A stretch of 64,000 bases of DNA from an uncultured Gammaproteobacteria bacterium (GTDB taxonomy: Bacteria > Pseudomonadota > Gammaproteobacteria > Steroidobacterales > Rariloculaceae), in assembly GCA_963699925.1 (NCBI GenBank), contig CAVOVT010000005.1:130612-194611 (forward strand), given 5' to 3'. This document shows, one piece after another, positions 33,558 through 44,263 of this stretch (positions are counted from its first letter, which is position 1; the number at the start of each line of letters is the position of its first letter). A program made the translations under genes and the position numbers. Under the pieces are notes generated by a model that was given only the letters and a program-made list of their open reading frames with translations, did no database searches and was not told the origin of the DNA.

Positions 33558-34114
33558 AGCGCGCCGCGGTCGTGCCATGGCTCGTCGCGCTGGCCGTGTT
33601 CGGGCCGTTCCTCGCGGCACTCCTCCTCTACTATCTGCCGGCCGATCTCGACTGGCTGCCGCGGCTGCCGGGCTCCCGCGAGCTCTTGAAGCCGCCGCTG
33701 CCTGCGCCGCCCGCGTGGCTCGAGGCGCCCTCGAGCGCGGCGGACGGTCGATACCGGTGGTTCCTGATCTATGCAAAAATGACGGCTTGCGATCGGCCTT
33801 GCGCCGCGACCCTCGAGCGACTGAGACAAGTGCACGCGGCGCTCGCGGGCGACGCCGACCGGGTGCAGCGGGTCTTTTGGTATGCCGGTTTAGCGCCGGA
33901 CGTTACCGCGGACGGTGGCCTCTCGCTGCGCGGGATCGATGGCGCGGCCGGCGAGAGCACGGTGCGCGCGCTTGGGGTGGACCGGCTCGAAGTCGGGCGA
34001 GTTTACGTCGCCGACCCGCGCGGGCTCATCGTCGTGAGCTACCCCGCCGACGTCGAACAGAAAGAACTATTGCGCGATTTGAAGCGCCTGCTCTCGGCAT
34101 CCGGATCGAATTGA
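33554..34114 (+). CDS. Membrane-anchored thioredoxin-fold protein with a CxxxC motif (SCO1/SenC-like, divergent).
   Basis: The GTG start overlaps the SURF1 stop. There is an N-terminal TM segment, then ..WFLIYAKMTACDRPCAATLERLRQV..VYVADPRGLIVVSY... Its position between SURF1 and ctaA fits. Confidence 0.45.
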   Translation: MKRAAVVPWLVALAVFGPFLAALLLYYLPADLDWLPRLPGSRELLKPPLPAPPAWLEAPSSAADGRYRWFLIYAKMTACDRPCAATLERLRQVHAALAGDADRVQRVFWYAGLAPDVTADGGLSLRGIDGAAGESTVRALGVDRLEVGRVYVADPRGLIVVSYPADVEQKELLRDLKRLLSASGSN

Positions 34115-35091
34115 TGAACGTGATCTTCGTACGCCTCGCGCGGTTCGGCACCGTGCTCGCGCTCGCCGTCGTGATGCTCGGCGCGTGGGTGCGTCTGCAC
34201 GACGCAGGGCTCGGCTGCCCCGATTGGCCGGGTGCTACGGCAAGCTCGTCGTGCCCGACACGGCGACCGCGGCGCGAGATCCCGGCTTCGCGGCGCGGCC
34301 GCTCGTCGCCGCCAAGGCTTGGCGCGAAATGATCCATCGCTACGCTCGTCGCTCGCGCTCGGCATTACCTGTGTCGCGCTCGTCGCGGTTGCCATGCTGA
34401 ATCGGCGCGATCCTACCCAGCCGTGGCGCCGGGTATTCGCGCTCGTCGGCGTCATCGTGTTCCAGGCGCTCCTTGGAATGTGGACCGTGACGCTGCTGCT
34501 GAACCCGCTAATCGTCGTTGCGCATCTGTTCGGCGGCCTCGCGACGCTCGCTCTGCTCTCGTCGCTCGCCGAGTGGCGCAAGGCCGCGCCGCCCGCGGCG
34601 GCGACCCAGGGCGTCAAAATGCTCGGCATCACGGCCGCCGCGGTGCTCGTGCTCCAGATCTTCCTCGGCGGGTGGACGAGCTCCAACTACGCGGCCGTTG
34701 CGTGTCCCGACTTCCCGACCTGCCAGACCCAATGGTGGCCTGCAGATCGCCGACTTCAAGGACGGCTTCGTGCTCTGGCGGGGTCTCGGGACCGACTACG
34801 AGGGCGGCGTTCTCGATCATCCCGCGCGCGTCGCGGTGCACTTCACGCATCGGCTCGGCGCGCTCGTCGCGGCGCTCCTGATCGCGGCGCTCGGGCTCGG
34901 CCTGATCGCGAGCCGCGCCACGCGCGCGGACGGCGTCGCGGTGCTCGCCGCGCTCGCGCTGCAGCTCTCGCTCGGTGATCAGTATCGTCGTGTTCCACGT
35001 CCCGTTGTCCATCGCGGTCGCGCACAACGGCGTCGCCGCGCTCCTATTGCTCGCGGTGCTGAATGCTAACCAGAGAATTAGGCAAAGCTGA
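34114..35091 (+). CDS. ctaA: Heme A synthase (COX15/CtaA), frame-broken (~4 breaks).
   Basis: The sequence is ..[15 protein letters not shown].., ..[18 protein letters not shown].., ..[11 protein letters not shown].., ..[13 protein letters not shown]... Confidence 0.85.
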
Positions 35092-35982
35092 CGGCGCCGG
35101 CGACGCGCTGGCGCGACTACTACGCGCTCACGAAGCCGGGCGTCGTGCAGCTGCTCGTGTTCACGGCGATCGTCGGGATGTTTCTCGCGACCGCCGCCGG
35201 CATGGTGCCGCTGGGACGTGCTGATCTTCGGCAGCCTCGGGATCGGGCTCGCGGCCGCGTCGGGCGCCGTCGTGAATCACATCTCGGACCAGCGCCTCGA
35301 CGCGCAAATGGCGCGGACGCGAAGACCGGCCGCTGCCGACCGGCCGCCTCAACGAGCGCGACGCGCTCGCGTTCGCGCTCGCGCTCGGCCTCCTGGGGAT
35401 AGCGGTGCTCGCGCTGCTCGTGAACCCGCTGACGGCCGGCGCTCACGTTCGTGTCGCTGATCGGCTATGCCGTGATCTACACGGTGTTCCTGAAGCGCGC
35501 GACGCCGCAGAACATCGTGATCGGCGGCGCCGCGGGCGCCGCGCCGCCCGTTCTCGGCTGGGCCGCGCTGAACGGAACGGTCACCGGCAACGCTTTGTTG
35601 CTGCTGCTGATCATCTTCACGTGGACGCCGCCGCACTTCTGGGCGCTCGCGATCGCCCGCAAGGCGGACTACGAGCGCGCCGGGATTCCGATGCTGCCGG
35701 TGACGCACGGCGAGGAGGTCACTAAGTCGTTCGTCGTGTACTACACGATCCTGCTGCTCGTCGTGACCGTGCTGCCGTACCTCACGGGCATGAGCGGCCT
35801 GCTCTATCTGTTCGGCGCGCTGCTGCTCGGCGCCGGTTTCCTCTACTACGCGATCGCAGCTCAAACGGCGGCCCGGCACGGCGCTCGCGATGCCGACGTT
35901 CGGCTACTCGATCACTTATCTGATCGCGCTCTTCAGCTTCCTGCTCGTCGACCATTACATTCCGGCCTTCTGGCCCGAATAA
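35088..35982 (+). CDS. ctaB: Protoheme IX farnesyltransferase (heme O synthase), frame-broken (~4-5 breaks). The start is uncertain.
   Basis: The sequence is ..[21 protein letters not shown].., ..[23 protein letters not shown].., ..[19 protein letters not shown]... Confidence 0.85.
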
Positions 35983-36026
35983 TAGGACCCGCGCCCGCCG
36001 ACCCTTTTCGCCGGCGCTGTTACGCG

Positions 36027-38183
36027 ATGGACGTCACCGACATCATCGATCCTTTGAACGATGCGCAGCGCGCGGCCGTGACCGCGCCCGACCGGCCGAC
36101 GCTCGTGCTCGCGGGCGCGGGCAGCGGCAAGACGCGCGTGCTCGTGCACCGGATCGCATGGGTGATCCGCGTGAACGGCGTCGCCGCGCAGCACGTGCTC
36201 GCGGTCACGTTCACGAACAAGGCCGCGGCCGAGATGCGCGAGCGGATCGAGCGGCTGCTCGGCTTCCCGACGCGCAACCTCTGGATCGGCACGTTCCACG
36301 GGCTCGCGCACCGGCTTGCTGCGGATCCACTCGGCCGAGGCGGGTCTCGCGCGAAGGGTTCCAGATCATGGACTCCGACGATCAGCTCGCATGATCCGCC
36401 GGATGCTGCGCGCGCTCGAGCTCGACGAGAACGAGTGGGTGCCGAAAGAGATCCAGTGGTTCATCAACGCGCAGAAAGACGAGGGCCTGCGGCCGAAGGA
36501 CCTGCAAGGACGAGGGCAACGCGGGCCGGCGGCAGATGATCGACCTCTACGCGCGTTACGAGAAGCACTGCGCGGACGCGTCGGTCGTCGACTTCGGCGA
36601 GCTGCTGCTCCGCTCGCTCGAGCTGCTGCGCGACAACCCGGAGCTGCTGCGCCAGTACCGCGAGCGCTTCAAGCACGTGCTCGTCGACGAGTTCCAGGAC
36701 ACGAACGCGATCCAGTATCGCTGGCTCAAGCTGATCGCGGGCCCGACCGGCGTGCCGTTCGTCGTCGGCGACGACGATCAGTCGATCTACCGCTGGCGCG
36801 GCGCGCGCGTCGAGAACCTGCAGCGCTTCCAGCAGGACTTCCCGGGCACGCAGCTCGTGCGGCTCGAGCAGAACTACCGCTCGACCGCCAACATCCTGAA
36901 CGCCGCGAACGCGGTGATCGCGCACAACGCGACGCGGCTCGGCAAGACGCTCTGGACCGACGGGGCCGCCGGCGCGCCGATCAAGCTCTACTCGGCGTTC
37001 AACGAGCGCGACGAAGCCGAGTTCGTGATCAACCGGATCCAGGACTTCATCGCGCACGGCAACCGGCGCAGCGACGCAGCCGATCCTGTACCGCTCGAAC
37101 GCGCAGTCGCGCGTGTTCGAGGAGGGGCTCCTCGCGGCCGGGATCCCGTACCGCGTGTACGGCGGCTTGCGGTTCTTCGAGCGCGCCGAGATCAAGGACG
37201 CGCTCGCCTACCTGCGGCTGATCGCGAACCGCGACGACGACCCGTCGTTCGAGCGCGTCGTGAACACGCCGCCGCGCGGCATCGGCGCGCGCACGATCGA
37301 GCTCGTGCGCGACCAGGCGCGCGCGGCGGGCACGAGCCTTTGGCGCGCGGCCGCGAGCGTGATCTCCGAAGGTCTGCTCCCGAAGCGCGCGAACGAGTCG
37401 CTCTGGGCGTTCCTGCAGCTCATCGAGCGGCTCGACGCGGACACGAACAGCTTCGGCGCTGCACGAGCAGGTCGCGCGCGTGATCGAGCGGAGCGGGCTC
37501 ATGGCGCATCACGGCAAGAACGCGGAAGCCGGCGGCGAGGCGCGCGTCGAGAACCTCGAGGAGCTCGTGACCGCCGCGCGCGAGGTGTTCACGCGACGAG
37601 TCGTCGGAGCTGCCGCCGCTCGCGGAGTTCCTCGCGTTCGCGGTGCTCGAGTCGGGCGCCGGCCAGGCGCGAGAACTACCAGGACGCCGTGCAGCTCATG
37701 ACGCTGCACTCGGCGAAAGGCCTCGAGTTCTCGCTGCTGTTCCTGTGCGGCCTCGAGGACGGGCTCTTCCCGCACCAACGCTCGCTCAACGATCCGGTCG
37801 GCCTCGAGGAGGAGCGCCGGCTCTGCTACGTCGGCATCACGCGTGCGCGCGACGAGCTCTATCTCACGCACGCCGAGCAGCGCCGGCTGCACGGCGAGCA
37901 GCGCTTCTCGATCCCGTCGCGGTTCCTGCGCGAGATCCCGGCCGAGCTCATCGAGGAGGTCCGGCCCGCGATGATCGTGTCGCGTCCGATCTACCGGCGC
38001 GCGGAGAGCTCGCCGCAAGTCGGCGGAGTGCGGCTCGGGCAGCGCGTGCGGCACGGCAAGTTCGGCGAGGGCATCGTGCTCAACAGCGAGGGCAGCGGCG
38101 CGCACGCGCGCGTGCAGGTGAACTTCGAGCACGAGGGCACGAAGTGGCTCGTCGTGGCCTACGCGAATCTCGAGCTGATGTAA
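36027..38183 (+). CDS. uvrD: DNA helicase II (UvrD/Rep family), frame-broken (~8 breaks).
   Basis: The sequence is ..[14 protein letters not shown].., ..[37 protein letters not shown].., ..[20 protein letters not shown]... Confidence 0.9.
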
Positions 38184-38214
38184 CCGGTTCTTCCGAGCCG
38201 CCGAGGGTCGATCG

Positions 38215-39234
38215 ATGAATCTCAAAGGTTCGGTGACGGTGGGAGCCTTCGTTCTATGCGCCGCGAGTGGCGCGCGCGCGCATCACAGCCGAGCGCTCTA
38301 CGACATGACCACCGACGTGGTCTTCGACGGAACTGTCACGAAGCTCGAATGGACGAATCCGCATATCTCGATGACCGTCGCCACCGAAGGAGCCGACGGT
38401 GCGCCGGTACTGCACGAGATAGAGGTGATGTCCGTGTCGGAGGCGCGGGCGCTCGGCCTTCGCCGCGAGGCGATCACCGAGGGCTCGCACGTCGTCGTGC
38501 GCGCGCATCCGGGCCGCGGTGGCTCGACCGCCCGGGCGGTCGGGCTGGACGTGAAAACCGGCGATGGCACGCTGCTGCCGCTCAATACCGACGCAGGATT
38601 CGGAGTCGGTCCGCCGGGGGTGCGCGAGGCACGGGGACTTGCCGGTCGCTGGGCGCCGACGATCGCGGACTTTCAGGCGGCATTCGCCGCCGCGCGTAAT
38701 TGGCCGTTGAGCGAGGCGGCGCGCGCCGGGCTCGCGACCGCGTTCACGGAGCCGAGTGCGGTGCTCGGGATTTGCGCGGACTATCCGCCGCCCGTGCTGT
38801 CATTCTTTCCCGATCTCCGCGAAATTGAAATCGGCGCGTCGGCCGTCGTGATCCGCTACGAGGCGCAGGGCCAAAACCTCGCGCGGGTCGTGCATCTCGA
38901 TCAGACGACGCACCCTCCCGGTGTCGCGCCGTCCCTGCTCGGGCACTCGATCGGACGGTGGGAGGGGCAATCCCTGGTCGTGGACACCGTTGCGTTCGAG
39001 CCGCACGTCGTAGGCATCATGATCGGCGTGCCCTCGGGTCCCGAGAAACATCTCGTGGAGCGCTTCACGCCGACGCCAGACCGGCTCCACCTCCGCTACG
39101 ACCTCACGATCGAGGACCCGCTGCGCCTCACGGCGCCGGCGTCGCTGAGCGTGCAGTGGGAGTATCGCCCCGACCTCGCTCCCTCGGGCGTAGCATGTAA
39201 TCCCGAAGCCGCGCGTAGGGTTCTACAACAATGA
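38215..39234 (+). CDS. Secreted protein of unknown function. The N-terminal module is DUF6152-like, and the mature N-terminus is predicted to be His-His.
   Basis: The ORF is an intact 339 aa with signal peptide ..CAASGARA|HHSRALYD..FDGTVTKLEWTNPHISM... The stop overlaps the trkA start (ATGA). The family name is from memory. Confidence 0.5.
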   Translation: MNLKGSVTVGAFVLCAASGARAHHSRALYDMTTDVVFDGTVTKLEWTNPHISMTVATEGADGAPVLHEIEVMSVSEARALGLRREAITEGSHVVVRAHPGRGGSTARAVGLDVKTGDGTLLPLNTDAGFGVGPPGVREARGLAGRWAPTIADFQAAFAAARNWPLSEAARAGLATAFTEPSAVLGICADYPPPVLSFFPDLREIEIGASAVVIRYEAQGQNLARVVHLDQTTHPPGVAPSLLGHSIGRWEGQSLVVDTVAFEPHVVGIMIGVPSGPEKHLVERFTPTPDRLHLRYDLTIEDPLRLTAPASLSVQWEYRPDLAPSGVACNPEAARRVLQQ

Positions 39235-40605
39235 AGATACTCATCCTCGGCGCCGGCCAGGTCGGCAGCACGGCCGCGTTCAGCCTCGCGCGCGAGGAGG
39301 CGAACGAGGTCACGATCGTCGACAAGAACCCCGACGTGCTGCGCGAGCTCCAAGACCGCCTCGACGTGCGGACGGTCGTCGGCAACGCGTCGTATCCCGA
39401 CGTGCTCGAGCGCGCCGGCGGCCGCGACGCCGACATCATCATCGCGCTCACGAACAGCGATGCGATCAACATGGTCGCGTGCCAGATCGCGTTCACGCTG
39501 TTCCGAACGCCGACCCGGATCGCGCGGATCCGCGCGCGCGAGCTCATGAGCCGCGAGCAGCTGTTCGGGCCGGACGGCATCCCGGTCGACGTCGCGATCA
39601 GCCCGTCGTCGCTCGTGACGAACTACATCGAGCAGCTGATCCGCTTCCCCGGCGCGCTCCAGGTGCTCGATTTCGCCGATGGCCGCGTGCGCCTCGTCGC
39701 GACGCGCGCGGGCGGCGGCGGCGCGCTCGTCGGCCATCCGTTGCGCGAGCTGTCGGAGCACATCCCGAACGTCGAGAGCCGCGTCGTCGCGATCTTCCGC
39801 GGCGGCCGCGGCATCATTCCCGACGGCGACACCGTCGTCGAGGAAGGCGACGAGGTGTTCTTCATCGCGGCCCGCAAGGACATCCGCACGGTGCTGCGCG
39901 AGATGCGCAAGCTCGACGATCCGGTCCGCAAGGTCGTGATCGCGGGCGGCGGCAACATCGGCCTCGACCTCGCGCGCGCGCTCGAGGCGACGAACCAGGT
40001 CAAGATCATCGAGCGCGACTAGCAGCGCGCGCGGCAGATCTCCGAGCAGCTCACGCGCGCGGTCGTGCTGCACGGCGACTCGGCGGACGAGGAGCTTCTG
40101 CTCGAGGAGAACATCGACAGCGCCGACGTGTTCGTCGCGGTCACGAACGCCGAGGAGGCGAACATTCTTTCCGCGATGCTCGCGAAGCGGCTCGGCGCGC
40201 GCAAGGTGATGGCGCTGATCAACAAGATCGCGTACGCCGAGCTCGTCGAGTCCGGCACGATCGACATCGCGATCTCGCCGCAGCAGATCACGCTCGGCAC
40301 GCTGCTCGCGCACGTGCGCCGCGGCGACGTCGTGAAGGTGCACTAGCCTGCGGCGCGGCGCGGCCGAGGCGATCGAGGCCGTCGCGCACGGCAACGCGCG
40401 CGAGTCGCGCGTCGTCGGCCGGCTCATCGACGAGATCCGGCTGCCGCGCGGCGCCACGATCAGCGCGATCGTGCGCGGCGACGAGGTGCTGATGGCGCAT
40501 CACGACACGCAGATCAAGGCCGACGACCACGTGATCCTGTTCATCGCGGATCGCCGGCAGATCGACGAGGTCGAGCGGCTGTTCGAGGTCGGCGCGTCGT
40601 TCTGA
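39231..40605 (+). CDS. trkA: Trk potassium-uptake NAD-binding subunit TrkA. It is interrupted by an in-frame TAG (40020-40022) and a +1 frame break (~40343).
   Basis: The sequence is MKILILGAGQVG.., ..VVIAGGGNIG..IIERD*QRARQISEQL.., ..ISPQQITLGTLLAHVRRGDVVKVH / SLRRGAAEAIEAVAHG... Confidence 0.9.
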
Positions 40606-40620
40606 GAGCGGTTCGCGCGC

Positions 40621-41472
40621 TTAGCGTGCCGGTGCCGCGCCGGGTTGCGCTGGCGCCGGACCGGCCGCGTCGCCGTGCTCGCTCGCGGCTCTCTCGGAGT
40701 ACGCGAGCGCAGCGGCCGCGCCGTCCAAGCTGAAATCGAGACTCGCGCCGCGCAGAGACAGGCGCACGGTGTCGGGCAGCTCGCGGAGCTGCTCCAGGAT
40801 CGGGTCGGGCGAATCGAAGGCCCAAGCGCCGTTCGGCAGGCAATGCGCGTCGGCATTGAGCGAGGTCCGCGAGCGGTCCTGCGTGAACAGCAGGGAAAAC
40901 GGCGCCGCCTGGCCGTCGGCCGCGTCGCACGACGAGTCCGGCCGCAGCACGAACCCGCAGCCCGAGCCGGGCTCGCAGACGTAGGCGAGCAGCGAGCCGC
41001 CGCGCAGCGTCGGACGTGACGGCCTGCCACGTGTCGACCTCGTCCGCGCTCGGATCCGCGCGCGACGAAGACGACTTGCCATTCGCCGTAGATCCTCGGC
41101 TCCGCGGCGACCGTAGGCGCGGAGCCGCGCGGCTCCGCGCCGCCGGGCGCGTCGCCGCTTTGCGCCACGTCGCGCTCGGTGAGATGGAGCTCCTCGACGC
41201 ACTCGTCGCCGAGCCGGTCGCCGTCCTTCCCGGTGCCGAGCTTGTCCGCCTCCGCGTAGGTCGGGAACTGCTCGATCGTCTTCGCGACGAGGCAGCCGCA
41301 GTAGGCCTGCGCCTTGCCGAGCTCGAAACTCGTCGCCGACCTGCGTCAGGCAGAGCTCGCGAGCGTTTTGCTGCTCTTCGGCCGACCACGCGGGCGGCTT
41401 GGTGCAGGCCGCGACGAGCGCGCACGCGCACAGCGCGGCCGCTCGGACGACGATCGCGGACGGTGTGTTCAT
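40621..41472 (-). CDS. Lipoprotein of unknown function, frame-broken (~3 breaks).
   Basis: The lipobox is CALVAAC|TKPP. The C-terminal part, ..LLAYVCEPGSGCGFVLRPDSSCDAADGQ..HCLPNGAWAFDSPDPILEQLREL.., is Cys-rich. Confidence 0.5.
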   Translation of the reverse strand: MNTPSAIVVRAAALCACALVAACTKPPAWSAEEQQNARELCLTQVGDEFRARQGAGLLRLPRREDDRAVPDLRGGGQARHREGRRPARRRVRRGAPSHRARRGAKRRRARRRGAARLRAYGRRGAEDLRRMASRLRRARIRARTRSTRGRPSRPTLRGGSLLAYVCEPGSGCGFVLRPDSSCDAADGQAAPFSLLFTQDRSRTSLNADAHCLPNGAWAFDSPDPILEQLRELPDTVRLSLRGASLDFSLDGAAAALAYSERAASEHGDAAGPAPAQPGAAPAR

Positions 41473-41644
41473 GCTCGTTCGGGCGCGCTTCGATCACGGC
41501 GGACGCCGTCGGCTCCAGAGGTGCGCGAGGCTACACCCGCGCTCGCGCGACGGTCAAACTCCCGCGCAGCGGCGACGAAGCTGCCGAGCCGGGCCGAGGC
41601 TTCGAAAGCGCGCAACGCGTTCAGAGGGGGCAAACGGCGGCCAT

Positions 41645-41663
41645 GGCTAAGAATAGCTTAGCC
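41645..41663. repeat. Perfect inverted repeat GGCTAAG-aatag-CTTAGCC in the lipoprotein/GST divergent spacer. It is a possible operator.
   Basis: Read directly from the sequence, ~80 nt upstream of the GST start. Confidence 0.35.
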
Positions 41664-41743
41664 TCAGCCGCAGAGCCTTCTCGATCGCGAACTCGCGCGT
41701 CGCGGCTCGATACTATGCGCCCGACGTTCTTGGAGCGGCCTCG

Positions 41744-42366
41744 ATGCATCTGTTCGACAACCTCGATTCCGGCAACGGCTACAAGGTCCGCCTGCTGCTC
41801 GCGCAGCTCGGCCAGCCGTACGAGTGGACCGAATCTCGACCTCGACGCGGGCGAGACGCGCACGCCGGAGTTCCTGAAGCGCAACCCGAACGGCCGCATC
41901 CCGACGCTCGAGCTCGACGACGGCACCCACCTCGCGGAGTCGAACGCGATCCTGTGCTACCTCGCCGAGGGCACGCCGTTCCTGCCGACCGACCGGCTCG
42001 GCCGCGCGCAGGTGCTCCAGTGGATGTTCTTCGAGCAATACAGCCACGAGCCGTACGTCGCGACGCCGCGCTTCATCGTGAAGCATCTGCCGCCGGGCCA
42101 CCGCGCTATGCGGAGCTGCCGGAGCGGCTCGCGAAGGGCCGCGCCGCGCTCGCGCGTGATGGAGACGCACCTCGCGGCGCGGCAGCTTCTTCGTCGCCGA
42201 GCGCTACACGATCGCCGACATCGCGCTCTACGCGTACACGCACGTGGCGCACGAGGGCGGGCACGATCTCGCGCCGTACCCGAGCGTGCGCGCGTGGCTC
42301 GTGCGCGTCGCGGCGCAGCCGCGCTACGTCGAGCTCGCGGCGCGGCCGGAAGCGGCGCGCGGCTGA
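41744..42366 (+). CDS. Glutathione S-transferase family protein, frame-broken (~3 breaks).
   Basis: The sequence is MHLFDNLDSGNGYKVRLLLAQLG.., ..RNPNGRIPTLELDDGTHLAESNAILCYLA.., ..ERYTIADIALYAYTHVA... Confidence 0.8.
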
Positions 42367-42398
42367 GCGCGCCGCGTACGGACAGAGCGTCGGCCGCC

Positions 42399-42754
42399 GT
42401 GCCGCAGGATCTGATCGCGAGTCTCGAAGCGCTGCTCGCGAAGGGCAACGACGCGCCGAGCCTGCGATTCGCGCTCGCGACGCGCTATCTCGCGGCCGGC
42501 GACGCGGCCGCGGCCGTGCGCCACGCCGAGGCGGCGGTCGCGCTCGACGCGACGTACTCGGCGGGCTGGAAGGTGCTCGGCCAGGCTCGAGCCGCGGCCG
42601 GCGACGAGCGCGGCGCGGCCGAGAGCTTCGGCGCGGGATCGAGGTCGCCGACGCGCGCGGCGACCGCCAGGCCGCGAAGGAGATGCAGGTTTTCCTGCGG
42701 CGCATCGAGAAGCGCAGGAGCGAGCCGCCGCCGGACGGCGGCGCGGCGAGCTAG
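42399..42754 (+). CDS. Small TPR-like protein, one frame break near 42640.
   Basis: The sequence is ..LRFALATRYLAAGDAAAAVRHAEAAVALDATYSAGWKVLGQA.. with a GTG start. Confidence 0.5.
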
Positions 42755-42782
42755 ACGCGCGCGCTCGCGCGCGTGCGCGGTC

Positions 42783-43137
42783 TCAGGGGTGGTGGTTCGC
42801 GCCGCCGTGCGAGTGGCCGTGGTCGCCGTGCGCGTGATCTTGCCCGTGTCCATGGTCGTGGTCGTCGCCCTGCTCGCGCGGCGGCGGCAGCCGGTCCGCG
42901 CGCAGCCAGGTGACGGTGCCGAACACGAACAGCGTGAGCGCGATGAGTCGCGATAGGAAGCGGCGGGAGCCAGAGTGGTATTGGTGTCATGCCGGTCACA
43001 TAAGGAGTAAGAAGCCTAGAGAGAATCCATGCGATCAAGAGGCCGAGCAGCACGCCGAAGCCGGCTTTGGGCTGCACGCGCCAGAGGCCGCTCCAGAGGA
43101 GCACGAACACCGCGACGCCGATCAACCAGGTCAACAT
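42783..43137 (-). CDS. Small membrane protein with a His-rich C-terminal tail, one frame break near 42960.
   Basis: The sequence MLTWLIGVAVFVLLWSGLW..GVLLGLLIAWIL.. continues after the slip as ..IALTLFVFGTVTWLRADRLPPPREQGDDHDHGHGQDHAHGDHGHSHGGANHHP*. Confidence 0.5.
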
Positions 43138-43170
43138 AGCGTCCGTCCGTTGGCCGGTCAGCCCGGCCCG

Positions 43171-43539
43171 TCAGTGCGCGGCCTCGGCCTCGTGTCCCGC
43201 GTCGTGCCCCGCGGGCACGAGCGGCTTCGAGAAGAAGTCGAGCCGCTTGAGCTCCGTGTAGTCGCCCTCGACGGCCATCAGGCCGATCAGCACCAGCAGG
43301 CACAGCGGCGGCACCAGGATCGCGTAGCTTCAGCGCGAGCCGCTCCCAGGCCATGTGCATGAAGATCGCGACGATGAAGCCGGCCTTCAGCAGCATGAAC
43401 AGCAGATGATCAGCGCCCAGCGGAACATGCCGTGCAGGTGGAAGTAGTCCACGAGGTAGGACGCCGTGCTGAGCACGAACAGCAGCACCCAGATCCAGAA
43501 GTAGATCTTGAGCGGATGCTGTTGGCCTTCTGCTGCCAT
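43171..43539 (-). pseudogene. Cytochrome c oxidase subunit IV-family small membrane protein of the alternative oxidase, with ~2 frame breaks.
   Basis: The sequence is MAAEGQQHPLKIYFWIWVLLFVLSTASYLVDYF.. followed by ..LKAGFIVAIFMHMAWE... GGGAG lies 7 nt upstream of the ATG. Confidence 0.7.
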
Positions 43540-43550
43540 GACATGCTCCC

Positions 43551-44246
43551 TCACCAGAGATAGAAGAACGCGAAGATGAACACCCAGACCAGGTCGACGA
43601 AGTGCCAGTACAGGCCGGCGATCTCGACGGTCTCGTAGCTGCCCTTCCGCTCGTAGTCGCCGCGCAGCACCTTCATCGCGACGATCGAGCAGGTAGATCA
43701 CGCCGGCCGACACGTGCAGGCCGTGGAAGCCCGTGATCATGAAGAACGACGAGCCGAACTGCGGCGCGCCCATCGGATTGCCCCAGGGCCGGACGCCCTT
43801 CTCAGTGATCAGCTTGGTCCACTCGAAGGCCTGCATGCCGACGAAGAGTCGCGCCGAAGCGCGGCCGTGACGAACATCAGCGGCGCGGTGCGGCCGCGGT
43901 CGCGCCGATAGCCGAAGTTGACGGCGAGCGCCATCGTGCCGCTGCTGGTGATCAGGATCGAAGGTCATGATCGCGATCAGGAGCAGCGGGACGCTGCCCG
44001 CCGAATACGTCGAGCGCGAACACCTCGCTCGGGTTCGGCCACGGCACCGTGGTCGACATCCGCACGTTCATGTAGGACGTCAGGAAGCAGGTGAAGATGA
44101 ACGTGTCGCTGAGCAGGAAGATCCACATCATCGCCTTGCCCCAGGGCACCGGAACGCCTGCTTGTCGGCGGACCAATCGGCGACGATCGGCTTGCAGCCG
44201 GCCTGGGTGCTGCGCGGCTCGGCGCGTCACTGCGTCATTGCGCCAT
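43551..44246 (-). pseudogene. coxP: Second subunit-III-like protein of the alternative oxidase (CoxP-type), with ~4 frame breaks.
   Basis: The sequence is ..PWGKAMMWIFLLSDTFIFTCFLTSY.., ..FVGMQAFEWTKLI..SSFFMITGFHGLHVSAGVIYL.., ..AGLYWHFVDLVWVFIFAFFYLW*. AGGAAGGA lies upstream of ATG 44246. Confidence 0.75.
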
Positions 44247-44263
44247 GGCTCCGAGTCCTTCCT

